DNA of 64,000 bases from the human T2T-CHM13v2.0 reference genome, Homo sapiens. This document shows, piece after piece, positions 26,431 through 40,393 of this stretch. The notes beneath the pieces were generated by a model, which worked only from the letters and a program-made list of their open reading frames with translations, was not told where the DNA came from and made no database searches. The stretch lies in NCBI RefSeq assembly GCF_009914755.1, contig NC_060933.1. One strand, written 5' to 3'. Made by a program: the position numbers and the translations under genes. Each line of letters opens with the position of its first letter. Position 1 is the first letter of the stretch.

Positions 26431-27939
26431 GTCAGTGGGTGAGAGGAGCAGGTTTTGGGATTTAAGCTTCACCAATGACAACTTTATGTTGTTTGTCTCG
26501 TTAACTGCCAGACAATCCATCTCTGGTTCCATAGGGAATGCTTACCAAGCCAGGCATGTGAGCTTGCCAGGACTCATGTTTTTATAGAAAGCTTTATTTT
26601 GGAAATTTCTAATCTGAACATACTTGAAATCTAATTCTCAGAAAACTTTGGAAAACCATTTAAAAGGAAGCAGGAAAAGGGAAAAGCAAAAGTGAAGTAT
26701 GAGGCTGTATCCCCTCTATAGGAAACGGAACTGTGAAGAAGCAGAGGTTGCTGGCACGTTCTGCGGCTCTCCCCTCTGCCCCGTCATACCTAGCTTTGCT
26801 GTGGCTGTCGCTCTAGCAGAAAAGCTGTGGTATTTTTTCTGCCTCTGCAATTTTCCCACTTGGATGGAGCCTTTGGAAATGAAAAAAACAAATAATCAAG
26901 AGCCATCTTGTATTGAAAGCTGATGTTCTGCATACTTAATGGGCTGAATCACCCTTTCCCTTTTCAGATATGGCTCATGTCCATTAAGCCGTGGATATGG
27001 CTGATAAATACCATTGTACTTGTCATATCACCAAGTGCCACATTTTCCGAGGCAGTGACGTTTCTTTACCTCAGCATTTGTGAGAGATTGCACTCTGGAG
27101 TATAACGGTTCAGGCTGAAGTTGTCTATTAACTTGAAAGGACTTAGAGATATGTTAATGGCTGGGTGGGAACTCAGTTCTTTAGAAATTCTTCTTAAACC
27201 AGTACCTTTCATCAAGTCACGATGCTTAATCTTATGTTATCCGTGGCTTATGTCCTGAAGTGGGTGGGAAATGGGGCTTGACTTCCCCAAATGTAAGAAG
27301 TGTAATATACAATACTTCTCACATATGAGAGATCAAGAGAAACTACTGAAGCTTCCAGTAGATATTCCAGAACTTGTTTCTTTGATAAGAAATAGGCTGT
27401 TCTCCTACTGTGAATGTCCTCTCGCTGTCCCACCTCCCAGCATGAGAGACCCCTAAAATATAATGCAACAAATGCTCTTAATGACATTGCCTCTCACAGA
27501 TGTTTATTTAGAAGAACTGTGAAGGGTGACCTGTGAAGGGACATTTTGTGTGTCTAGGGATTGACTTTCCCTTCTTGACAGTGCTCTTTATCACAATGTA
27601 TTTTTGTATCTGTATCACATTTTTGTGTCTGTATTGCAATGTATATTTTGTTGAAATGGTTTTGGACTCTAAACAGGGTTACCCAGCTTGATCACTCACG
27701 TTCTTTACTTGACTTGGCTCTGAATAATTCTCAGACATTTCCTGAGTCAGATTCATCCCTGAAGGGTTAGTATCTACTGTCAGGGATTTCAACTTAATTT
27801 TATTCACTTTCAGATATGTGTCTGTATCAGGCATTGGGTTAGATGGTCCTATTTCCCAGGGAATGACACTTTGGAGGGAAAATGTGAAGTCAGTGGATAC
27901 TTTAAATAGAGTTTGAAAGGTGCCTAGAAAATGGTCCTC

Positions 27940-28340
27940 AGAGATGGGCATTGAAGGAGGCTTTGGGATTTGCAGAGTGTGAGAGTTGGGGAAAGAGCAT
28001 GGAGAAGAGAGAGGGATGGATTCCAGGTAGAAATTTTATGTCCCAAGATGTGAAAGTGTAAGAAAATGTGTGGCATTCATACATTTGCTAGGAGTCTGGT
28101 TTGGCTTGAGCAGAGAACGGGGGTAGAGAATTGGGAGAAGAGACTGCTGGGTTGTGGGGGCAGGGCATGAAGGGGGCTAGGGAGTTGACAGTATGGACAG
28201 AATTTATCCCAAAGACTTCGCATGGAGGAGTACCCTAATTAAGTGTATGCTATAGAAAGAAGACTTGGCAGCATGAGGAGATGGAGGTTGGAAGACTGGG
28301 GTGTGATGGGAGGTGGGACTGCCACTGGGTTAGATCAAGT
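27940..28340 (-). mobile_element. L2 fragment
   Basis: Purine-rich, with attccaggtagaaa and gtctggtttggcttgagcagag. Confidence 0.6.
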
Positions 28341-28434
28341 TCAAATAACTCAGTCTAATATTAGCAGGCTGTAAAGGTAAGATTAGAAAATGAATCCCAA
28401 AAATGTTGTGGGCAAAGGCAGCAAGGTTGAAAGA

Positions 28435-28880
28435 AGCTGTATGGCCTGAGGGAAAGGCAGAGGGGAGTCAGATGAGTCTGAGTTCAAAACCTAGCACTGC
28501 CGGTTACTAGTTGTATGACCTCCAATAGTCTCACCTGTCTTTAAATTTTTTAAATTGAGAAATAATAATTGTGCATATTTATGAGATACATAGTGATGCG
28601 TGATACAAATAATGCATAGTGATCAGATCAGCATATCCATCATCTCAAATATTTATCATTTCTTCATAGTGGGAATGTTCAATATCTTCCTCCCAGCTAT
28701 TTGAAACTGTATGTTATTGTTAACTCTAGTTCCAGTCCTCACCTTTCTTTGCTGGCTTTCCATCTTCTGGACAATGGGAATGGTACTCTTTCTTCATGGT
28801 GCTGTGGTGGAAGTGAAATTAGATTATGCATGTTACAGGGGTAGAGTTTGATAGTCACTCTTTGAGGACACATGAGTGTG
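28435..28880 (+). mobile_element. MIR split by an L1 insertion
   Basis: ggagtcagatgagtctgagttcaaaacctagc...agttgtatgacc, resuming after 28738. Confidence 0.7.
28543..28737 (-). mobile_element. Short L1MA 3' end inserted in the MIR
   Basis: aataataattgtgcatatttatgagatacatagtg...catatccatcatctcaaatatttatcatttctt. TSD ctcacct(g/t)tcttt at 28530-28542 and 28738-28750. Confidence 0.85.
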
Positions 28881-30564
28881 CCTGTGTACATTTGGGTACG
28901 TGTATGAAGAAAGGAGAGACAGAGGACCTCCATTCAGACATCGATTTTCTCTGTGCTTATTTAAAACTCTTCATTCACATGCTGCACACTCAACAAATAC
29001 TTATTTAGTGGTACACACATGCAAGGTGCCAGCTAAGGACTCTGTTCCCTTTAGTGACATCTCCTGAGGGGGTGAGGGCAGAAGATGTTTAATAAATTAA
29101 TGTTGGTCAACTAATTCATGCCCACATATGATGACAAAAGTGTCTAATAGCCAGTACAAGTCAAAATACTAGAAAACCATCCATCTGAGTTATTAACATT
29201 TTAATTTAGATCAATAGGGAAAAATAAGTCCTTAGGGGGTTTATTTATATCCTTAGTGAGTGTTTTTTTCTTCTCGCAATTTAGTTTCCTTGAGAACTGA
29301 ACATTTATAAAGTGTTTTTGGTGAACCCATTTATACAGTAGAATTCATTTTCTCTAGGAGGTTGGGAACTACAGAGAGAAACCAGAGAGTCATAAATTCT
29401 ATTTAATTCAAGTTCATGCATTTCACTAGAGAAAGCACCTTCTTTATCCTCTTATTGTACTTCCCCTGAGACCTCTGAACAGATGATGTTAGCAGTGATT
29501 TAAAAATGCAAATCATATCACAGAAGTCCTTTAAAGGATTGTTCCTCACTCCTCCTCCCACCCTCCATCACACAGGCCCTTAAACAACAGGAATGGTAAA
29601 TTCAAAACCAAAACTTGCGTCATAGGTAAAAACCAACTATTTGCTGAAATAGGCTGTACCAGTCTGGCTATTTTGATCACCCATGATAGTTGGAAGACAG
29701 AGGATCTATATTCTAAATCTGATGAATGTATTTACTATTCACATTACATGTTTGAGGTGAGCCTGCTATATGTACATGTGGAGAAAGAAGTGTGGTTATA
29801 AGGCAAAATAAATAGTAGCCCTTGCAGTCAAGTGGCTTCCGTGGATCAAGAGCTCGTATAACTCATTTTCCAGAAGAAGGGCAGATGCATTGCAGTGGGA
29901 GTTCATAGAGAAAGATTACTCTTGGCTCATGCTATTGAGATACTTTTATGGAGGAATTAGTTTCAAGTTGTGCCTCGAAAATATTGGCCTGTAGAATCTT
30001 CCAGTTTGAGAAGTCCCTAATTACACAGTGTTTATGGGCATGATTTTTAATTGTGTACTGCACCTTATTTCTTCCTATGAGATTTTTATTCATTCTTTAA
30101 TAACTCACACTACATTTGAAAACTGTTCTTGGGAGGTATTTAAGAAGAGTTGTGGGACTAACTCTTCTTAAAACATAAATTTTGAGAGTCAGGGATGGCT
30201 AGTCATTGTGGACAAAGGATGAACTGAGGTTCTTTCATTCCCAGCCAAGCTGGTGACTTGCACACAAGCGCCATGCTATCAGAGCCTCTCCCCAGGCAGT
30301 GTGCACCAGAATTTATTGCAACCTCAGTGTGAAAGGAACTGAGAAATCCTTTGGCAACATGACCTGGGAATTCCAAAAGTCGCCCATGCCTTTGTATAAA
30401 ACCAAGGAAACCAGAGCACATTCAGCCACTGTATGAGCCTGCAGTCCCTTATGCTGATCCCTGCCAATCCCATCTCATCTGAGCCTCACATTCCCACAGT
30501 CCCCTGAAGCTTAATCAAGTTGGTAAAATTTATGTGTGTTCCTTAGAATAACCATCACAACAAT

Positions 30565-30765
30565 TATTGCTATTATTTATGGAGCACTTGCTTGTTTCTA
30601 AGCATGTTTCCATGCACTTTGCATGCATTATCCCATGTAATACCCTAAACAACCTCATGAGTTAAACAATGAGACTGAGATACGAAGAGGTGCAGTAACC
30701 TACCTGGCCTCACCTGTGTGTAGGGGGTGAGTGGCAATACCAGGATCCAAGCCTAGGCTTACAAA
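30565..30765 (-). mobile_element. MIR
   Basis: atttatggagcacttgc...aacaacctcatgag...gagactgag. Confidence 0.75.
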
Positions 30766-31336
30766 TTTGCAGCGATCTTCAAGATTATTATTTATTTTAA
30801 TTATTCATTTCTCTTTGTTCTTGTTGTTATTTTGATCCATCTGTCTCTACTTCTGGTTCCTTTTTGCTGTTTTTCTCCAAAATAGGATATGTTGTTTTCT
30901 TTATCTCAGTAGACATCTTTTAATTATTTTAGCCTAATAATACTTAAGGGGGAAAAACAAAAACCCTACGAAAAGAAAAGTATTATCTTAAAACTTAAAT
31001 AGGTTCAGTGGGAAAAAATCTTGGTTCAGAGGAAGGCTTTATGTTGCACATGTTTGAATTATGGACTTACCGCTCCCAGTGGCCACCACGTGTGTGTGCT
31101 TGCAAACTCATTTTTTGCTTTGAGAAACTGTGGACATGTAAGAGTGAAGGTGGCAGCTCTACTACAAAGAATTTTGCATGAGTGATCCTGAAAAATATGT
31201 CGAAAATCCACTCTCGATTTTCATCTTTTTAAATTGACATTTTATTGTCCTTGAACCAAGAAAGAAGCCATTCTGTTTCTCTGCTGGTTAGACTTTTGGA
31301 AGCTTGAAATGGTGCTATCAAAGACAATGCAGATTA

Positions 31337-31730
<394 letters not shown>

Positions 31731-31949
31731 TCAACTCAGTAGACTCTAGACCCGGGGGACATGGGTTCTAGACTGAGTTAATCACTGGCTCTTTATTCAT
31801 CCATAAAATTAGGATGACATGAACTGATCCCTCACTTATTCAGGGTACCAGGTCATGGCGAAATGCTGCTGCATAAACAGTAATGACTCTGTCAATGGAG
31901 GTGTCTTAGTAAACTCTCTATATTCTTTCTCATCTCATCTTCTCAAATA

Positions 31950-32440
31950 TTAGAAGTCAGGCAAAACCCTCATTTTCAGTTCTAATGTTCACCTTATTAG
32001 CTATGTGACCTATGGTGAATTTCTTAATATCTCAAAGCAAAATAAGTATTTCTTCAATTGCAAAAATAAATGGTGATAATAATAGCTCCTACTGTATAGA
32101 GTTGTTGTGAGGATTAAATAAGGGACTATCTATAAATCCCTTGGTATGGTGGGCAATATAGTGTATGGAGAGGTGATCTAACTTACCAGTGAAGAGCAGG
32201 ACTATGGAGACAGACTTCTCGAGTTTGAATGCTAGCTCCAGCATTTACCAAATCTGTGGCCTTGGTCATGTTATTCACCTTTCTGTGCCTCAGTTTCGCA
32301 CCTCTAAAAGGGCATAATCACAATGCTACTTATAAGGCTATTATGAGGATTAAATGAATTAATATATGATAAGCACTTAGAAGAAAGCTAAAAAGCTTGG
32401 CATATGGTTTGTGCCATGTATCAGGTATTACTATGGTACA
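31950..32440 (+). mobile_element. Two adjacent MIR copies
   Basis: Two MIR cores: agctatgtgacc...gttgttgtgaggattaaat and ctgtggccttgg...ctgtgcctcagtttc...atgaggattaaatga. Confidence 0.8.
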
Positions 32441-32689
32441 TAATAAGCATAAGAGTAACATCCAATAAGTATATTATCATCATCACGATCATCATTATGT
32501 TATTACGTTGTAATTATTGATCTTGGCGATCCAAAGCAAAGTGACTCATGGAGAATAGTTATACTTAGTAGGGACATGAAAATGAAATTTTAAAAATTGG
32601 GAAAATAGGAGGAAAATGAAAATGAAATTAACAAAAAAGTATAAATTCAGTAGATGCAGATCAGAGTCATTGAACCAGCCTGTCATTTC

Positions 32690-33160
32690 TCAAACATGAG
32701 CTAAGTGCTGGGACTATAGAGAGGAGAAGGTCATCTTTGAGAAGCACCTGGTGAGTTTGCTGAAAAGCAAACATCAGAGGGCAATGTGACATGTTGTGTC
32801 ATCAATGTCTATCTGAGGGGTTCAGATGGGGGCTCTTCCACCCCAGTCCTAGAGACCAGAGCTTGCTTTATGTAGAAGAAGCCACTTGAACTTGGATGTA
32901 GAGGCCAAGAGTCTCCCAGGCAGAACAGTGGGACAGGAAATTCTGTGCAGAGGTTTGAGTGTGTGGGATGAGCTCAAGGTGGGGTGTTCTGTGGGAACAG
33001 CGTCCTGGATGATGGAGACACAGCATGCATGAGGAGGGGGAGCAAATGGCAGAGTGGGTGGGGGAATTCGAGAGGTGGCCTGGGATGGGCCTAAAGTGGA
33101 TGTTAGGTAGAAGAGGGCTTCCTCAGCTTTGCGAGCTACCTTGAGTTTGGTGCAGGGTTC
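32690..33160 (-). mobile_element. L2 fragment
   Basis: gctaagtgctgggactatagag...cccaggcagaacag... Confidence 0.55.
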
Positions 33161-36100
33161 CACTCCTCCCAGACCAGGTGGCTACCTCCCAGGCAGTGAG
33201 AAACAAGGAATTAGAACACAGCCCACACCCATCCATTAGGAAGTCATTAGCCTAGAGGTAAGTAGCGCATCCTCTACTTTGGCTCTGCTGCGTGCTCACC
33301 AGAGCCAAAGCTTCCGCTTGTTAGCTGGGAAGGGCATAGAGAAAAAGCCATTGAGAAATTGCTTTTAAGGGCTTTGTGGTGGCCATTGAGAGGGTATTTC
33401 AGAGGAGTGGCAAAGCAGAAAAGCCAGCTCTCAAACCAAGTTGAAGAACAGCTAGGTTCTGATTTGCCAAGAGCTGAGGTATCTGCCTCTCATTCAATGG
33501 CACGCAGAGGGAGAGAAGAAACAGTGAGGCTAACAGGGACACACAGAGAGGCTACTGCCTGTCCTCAGGTATGGCTGGAAGAGATGATAACACCACAGAT
33601 TGGCCTCAATTCAAGCAGGTTGTGAAATGGCTGAGCTGCTGGGGAACAGCCAGAAGCCTCGGTGAGGTGTACTGAATTAATTGTATCTGCTCCAGATCTT
33701 GAGAGCCCAGAGCCAATTGTCCAGAGCCTTTGCCTTCAAGAGTTGGAAGGCAGAATGTGCTCTGCTGACCTGGCCCTCAGAGGCAGCTGCCTACCTGTCC
33801 ACCAGCGGAAAACACCGAGGCTCAAGGTTTGGTTAGCAAAGAAAGACAAGTTTGAATGTTAGACCTGGAAAGGGGAGTCCAAGGCTGCCTAGGACAGCTT
33901 CCTTGGGGAAGCTGAGGCCCAGCGTGACCCATGGACTTGTTAAAATCAGCCTGGAGTAAATAGCAGACCTAAATCCAGAAGAACTGGATTTTCCTGATGC
34001 TGCACATGTTTCACTATATGCGTCTCTGCAGCCTTATCCATTCTCCCTTAGCCCCTCTCTCTGGTGCCCTTTTTTGCCCTCTGGCCGCAGAGATTGTCAG
34101 TCAAATCTACCTTAACCCTAAGCTTTCTGATCCCTTTTCTATCTTCCTACCCATAAGAGCATTTCCTGCTCTTTTCTCAGAGCCTTATTTGGTGATTGGT
34201 AACTAAACAGCTTAAGTGCTAGGGTGGCAATGTAGTGGATGTAGGGGATATGACATTCTATTCCTCCTGGGCAATACATTTGCCTTTTACAAGATACCTT
34301 CTCGCTGGATTTTCGTTCAAATGTTCCACTTATTCTCCTGTCTACATTCCAAACTCTATGGTATTGACTGGTGATGAAGGGAGGTGATTTGAGAAGGGAC
34401 ATTTTTTAGTACGGACATCCTCCTCAGTGCATAGACAGACTCTTGGTCTGGGAATCTAAGTGGTCTATATGCCAGTACTCTCTCAGAGAACACTTTTAGT
34501 CAGAAAAATGAAGTCAAGCAAACGTTTAGTTTAAAAAAATGAAGTGCCTAAAGCCTTTTATTTGTCATTACCTTTTAAGTAAATTTTTAAGGCAGACTAA
34601 TCATCATCCCCACAAAAGAGGCAAAGATTATCTATCTCTCCAAGGCAGTTATTCAGTTGATTGTGGATGAATTTTTGTCTGGCTGTTCTAAGCAGTGGAT
34701 AATGAAAAAAAGCAGAGCCTTCTTATTGAACATTTTGACAAGAGAAATTTTGCTGTTACTCACCAAGATGTAGGAGGGATGCAGAGTCCTGGCTTGGGTG
34801 AGGGACGAGGTTGCTGAATAGACGAACATAAAAGGAATCCATTAATGATTTAGAGGACTGCTTAATTTCCCTACTTCTGTAACCAAGAAACAGAGCTTGA
34901 TCAATACTCTCAAGGTCACTGTTGCTATTTGCTATGCCTGCTGGTCTTTTTTAGAGTTTTGAAAACCATCCTATGCATCCATCCTGATAAATATGCTCAG
35001 TTTTGGTACAGGGAGATATGGTTTTAAGTGTGGGGCAGATGAGATGCAGAAGGAAGAAGTGTAGCCTTTCTTTGTGGGAATCTGTAGGGAAATCTACCAC
35101 AAAATTTTCAGTTCAAGATAGAACCTGGGGACACAAGAGAGAAACTCTCCTTGTGATAGCCAATCTGTTCTGATAAGGCAGTTATTATTACTAAAAGGAT
35201 CCCTGGCTATAACGTGGATTTTAAAGAACATTATTCAATGTGTTTCCTCTTCAATTACTTCTGTGTCATAATTTAGCTAGCTGTTTGCCTTCAAATGTGG
35301 CATTGGCCCTGTGGGCTTGCCTAGTAGTTCACATCATATTCTGTTTGTTCACTTTTGTATTTGTTGGCTAAGTTGACTTTTTTAGAATAAAGATTCTCTA
35401 ACTTACTAATGTCAGAGCTTTTTAACGCTGATACTGACCAAAATAAGTGAAATGTTCTTTTGGTAACTTATGCAAAAAGTTTTAATGACTGCACAACATG
35501 ACATTCAAAATGGCAACCAAGACATGAAAGGGGGCCTGTCCTGTGACCCCCATCCCTCCAAAAAATGGATTTCCAAAGTCCTCTCATTATTTGAGGACTT
35601 TGACCAGAACACCTAGATTAACTCTTGGAGTTAATTGCCTTTGCAATTATATGTATAATTGCAGGTATATATAATATACTTATATTTTCTTATGTCTGGA
35701 TTAATTAAAAAGGAAAAAAATGAGTCAACTGACTATTGTCTCTGTAGCATTCTAAAGCAAGCCTTGGTTCCATGCAGCCTCAGAAGCTAACAGAACCCGC
35801 AGTGGTAAGGGCCATTTTAAAAAGTTCATCTGCATAGAGTTCTCCTAGATGTGGGCACAAGGTGTTTGGGGGTGGGGGGCACAGACACCCTGAAAAGTTC
35901 CAGAGAACACATGTGGTTTCCAGTCAAAATATCATGCAAATATTTTGAAATATTTTCTTGACCACAGTATTTCTTCTTTATACATTGCTCGTAGAAGTAA
36001 TGTTTTGTTATTTATTTAGAAAAAAAGCAAATGGAGAAATTCCTCTTTCTGATTGGATTTTATGGTCCTATGTGGCAACACCCTAGAGATTAGAATCTCA

Positions 36101-36874
36101 TAGTTTAGTGAGAAAGACTTTTTTAGAATGATCTCTGAATTTGAAAGACATCTAAAACACAACTCAAGCTTGAAAAATGTCTAGACTTTTTTTTAACAGA
36201 CGAGGCCACTGGGAATATGGTAAAACAACAAGAGATGGTTTAGTTTCAGATGGGAATTTATTTCTTTTAAGCTTGTCAATGAGCAGACAGGCATTTGAGG
36301 GGGAGTCTCTTTGTCCTGTGATTCCCCAGCCTGGGAAGAGAAAGTTATTTTTATTCCCAGTTTTCATCATGGAATGTTAAAGAAAATCTGACTGTTCTTT
36401 CATTGAGTGTTGCTGAATTATCCTCCTGGTTTCAAGTGTGAACTACAGCAGCAATTCCACTGTGGAATATTATGAACAGAGTTAATTATAACTGTTTAAT
36501 GAGGCAGATCCCAATTTTCAGTAGATCATGACCCTTAATACATTAAAGAAGAGAGACAGTTCACATTTTTATTCAACTGACATTTGATTAATATGCTTCA
36601 AACAAGTTTTGGATATACTGAGATAATAATGAAATGGACTTTATCCTGTTCATAAAATGCCTGTAATAAAATAAAAAGTATCAGTGTTGTTCTTGTTGTT
36701 GACTAGCTTTCTGATGTCAGTTTCAGGTTATTAAGGGAAACTTCAGTTAAAAATATCATTGGATTTCCCTGAAGGTCACAAAGTTAGAACAAACACTAGC
36801 CTTCACCATCAGTCAAATTCAGATGAAAATTCCTTCTCTGCCACCTACTTTTGTCCTTGTACAATAACAACAAG

Positions 36875-37200
36875 AATAATACTAATAATACCATTTACTG
36901 AGCAATTATGAGTTTGAGCCATATGAACTTGTCATTTCTGTAAGCTAAGACAGTGGTCAAACGTAGACATTTTCATATGGTTCAGCCTAATACATATACT
37001 GAGGCACTGTACTAAGGCTGTGTAGATGTCATCTCAATTGATTCTTTCAACACAGTTTTAAGGCAAATATAATAATCACCATTTAAAAATAAGAATATCT
37101 GGCCTTACACAAGATTAAGAAAGTTGCCCAAGGTCACAAATTAGTAAAATGAAGACTTAAAACTGAGCTATCTTAGGACCTCAATTTTCTCTAGTCACAC
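36875..37200 (-). mobile_element. MIR containing a MADE2 insertion
   Basis: ccatttactgagc...ggcactgtactaagg...gttgcccaaggtcaca. Confidence 0.8.
36909..36990. mobile_element. MADE2 mariner MITE
   Basis: About 80 bp with TIRs tgagtttgagccatatgaa / ttcatatggttcagcctaa and TA on both sides. Confidence 0.85.
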
Positions 37201-37310
37201 TATAAAATAGATATTATATAACTTCCCCTAGTCTTAATTTCCTCTGATTGGGAGGTGCTTCTCATGGTGACCAAGATGTAGTGGTTGCTACATAATGTGT
37301 AGCTGTAACT

Positions 37311-37349
37311 ACCATCAGTATCATCACCATCATCACCATCATTATCATC
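37311..37349 (+). repeat. Imperfect (CAT/CAC)n trinucleotide repeat
   Basis: Read directly from the sequence. Confidence 0.8.
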
Positions 37350-38113
37350 AGGGCCTAAAGTTTCACTTGCTCAAGGCTGTGTACAGAGCGTGCACAGTTA
37401 GAGAATGAAGAGATGCAACTGGTGTGTACGTGTGTGTTGGTGGGGGTGGTTGCTGAGAGGTCTTTTCTCTATTTGCAGTCACTTCTTGCAAAAGCCATTG
37501 TGTTTGAGCTGAACACTTGCACATGCATTTTGCCCACTTTGCTATTTTCAAAACAAAAGAGAAATTGGAAGAAAATACCATATTGAGAACAGAGGTGCCT
37601 GTGACAAATTGGATTAATTGAAAACAATCCAAAAAAAAAAATTGCCCCAGTTAGTAGGAGAGTGGAGATCAAATTAGCCATGGAGAATCTAAGTAGAGGA
37701 TTTTATTGATTGCTGTCGGCATAACCTAAATTGCAGAATGTGAGTCATCATGAAAGCACTACTATGTCTGCACTGATAATTGAGAGGCTGCATTTTTCAT
37801 ATGGTCAAGTTGGAGATAGTGAGTGTGGCCACCTGGAATCTTCCCAACCGAGTCCCACAAACACCTCACTGCCTCAGCCACCTGCCCCATGCATTCGCTT
37901 CCCAAGGCACAAACACAGATGATAATTTTACAAAATATAGTTTTTAAATGGTTGTTTTCCTGGATTTGATTTGATGTGCAGCATACATGTAGACTTACAC
38001 TATGCAGACTGAGCTATTTTAATGAGAAAGAATGAAGCATTTCCATTTTGTTCTATTTCAGAGGGAGGGAAGAACAAATAATTCTGTTGTTGCTCGCAGA
38101 AATGACTATAAGA

Positions 38114-38325
38114 CAGGGGTCAGTACACTGCAGCCCATGGGCCAAATATAGTTCTATAAATAAAGTTTTATTGGAATACAGCCACGTCCATTTGTTTACA
38201 TATTGTCGATGCCTGCTCTTGCTCTAAAACAGCAGAGTTGAGTGACTGCTATGGAGCACATATCGAAGGCAGAACTGGAAATCCTAATTATCTGGCCCTT
38301 TGCAGAAAAAACTGTGCTGACCTCT
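38114..38325 (+). mobile_element. MER58A MITE
   Basis: caggggtcag...aataaagttttattggaatacagccacg...ctggccctttgcagaaaaa. Confidence 0.9.
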
Positions 38326-38819
38326 TCTATGCAAAATGGAGTGGTTTTAGACAACTAAGTTGACTTTGTATAAGCTCAAGCTGCCTTTGTTTTGTGTCTA
38401 GTGTTGCAAGTTTGGCAGTGAGGTTTGGGGATCTCAGGTGTTGACATGTATATCTGCCAGGACGCTGAAAATGTCTACATCCAGGAGTATTTTAGCCTTC
38501 ACCTACAGCATTTGGCAGTAGATACGAACCACATGTTCAGAGAGAGAGATTTAATCTATGAAAATACAAAATTACAAGGAGATTAGGAAGAAGTTGCCTA
38601 GAAATAGGCAGGAGCCATCACCCGAAAATGGGGGCATCCTTGTCCGTGGCCGTTGGTGCATTTGCTTATATGGACAGGGGCATAGGTTGCAGGTTGCTCT
38701 TCATTTTCCTTTCTGGGAGACAGAGAGGAAATAGGATTAAAAGGCAGTTCAGATGAGTTAACATCATGGCATAGCCAAAAAACCCCAATGTAATGCAATA
38801 CTCTTTATACTTAGATATA

Positions 38820-38980
38820 GCTGAGTTTTTATTGGCTGTTTGGAATTGGGCATGTTACTTATCATCTCAGCGGTTTTCTCATCTCCAATATGGAAATAAA
38901 ATACACTTTAAATGAGCTATGTATAAAATGTGCCTTGCGCAATACAGAATATAGTTAGATGCATAAAAATGTTAGTTACT
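38820..38980 (+). mobile_element. MIR fragment
   Basis: ttgggcatgttacttatcatctcagcggttttctcatct... Confidence 0.65.
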
Positions 38981-40393
38981 CTCCCTTTTTATTGTCTTTC
39001 CTCTGTCACACACAGAGCTTTATAATTATGGTAGAGGGGCATATAGTCAAAGGAGGGGAAATTCTTGCATATAAAGGGACTTTGGGAGTCTAGGACAGAG
39101 GTTGAACCTAATGCTAAGTAGGTTGGAATTTTTTTCTCCATGTCTTGATCTAAAAAGAAATCACAGAAATCTCACCTTTATGTGTTTCCACCTCTCTATA
39201 TTTGGTAAGAAGATAACATCTCAGTAAAATGAAATGGTAGACAGAAGCACAATCTCATCAAAGCTGTGACTGGGAAAAATACTGAAACTCCTCCCTAGCC
39301 TGGGACTTGGAAACATCTACTGTCTTAATTCCCCCTGTGCCCTCCACCCCCCAAATTAATGTCTACCTTGAGCTCTCAGCTCTGTCCACGACAGAGAGCT
39401 TCATGTAGTCGTTTCCAGGTGAATTGGTCAAAACTGGGATTATATTCCGACTGCAAGCATAGGCAAGTTCAGGGATCTATCTGTTCTCTCCAAAGACAGA
39501 GGGAAGTGGGAGGACCTCCTGAGGGGTGGTGGCAGCTTTCCTGCATCTACTGAAACCTACTTTGTCCTGCTGCCAGGTCTTTGCTGTTGGCCTCTGCCCT
39601 AGGTGCCTCCACTGCTGACACTTTCAGACCTGCCATGACCCCCAACACTAAGACCACATAGGCTGTCCCGTGTACCCCTCATCCCAACACGCCCAGGGAC
39701 AGTCTTGGCCACGTCTGTGCCTCTTTTGGGGACAGAGGAACTATGGATGTTCTAACTTACTGCCCTGGGCTCTTGGGAAACGCGAGGGCTGAGTGAGGTC
39801 CCTGCACATGCTGGTGCAGGCCGAGCACAGTGCAGTCTTTCTTCTTTCACTGGCACTGAGAAGAGGGGACCTATGTGTGGCTGCTGCTTCCCAGAGGTCT
39901 TTATGGGAAGCAGCCCCAGGTCTCTTCAACTCTCAATCTTCAAATGTCAAGGGGGTTCTATTGTTTCTCACTGACCCCAGGAGTTAGCCTGAGGGTTCGG
40001 GCCCCCACAGTGCCTCATCCTCAGCGTCTAACTCACTAAGGTATCTGCTCACAGTATAGCTTTTCTCTGTGCAGAGCTCTCCTCTCCCGGACCCCAAAGT
40101 ATTTTGGCTCCTTGCTCATGCACCTGAGTACATCCTCCCTCTCTTGGCCACTGCCATGGCCCTTTAAGGGAGGTTTGGCTGCTCTCCTATGGCTCTGTTG
40201 GGCTGCAAGTATGTAATATGGACCCTTGCACCTTGCATAGAGTTCCAGGTGCTATATAGATGTCACAATGTCACTTCAAAGCTGATTACTTTTCTTTTTT
40301 TTTTTTTTGGTAGTAGCTAAGATTCTTTAATTTATAGTTGACCACATCCCTGCTCCCTATCTCACAGAACTGACGCCAAGGCCTCCATGAATT

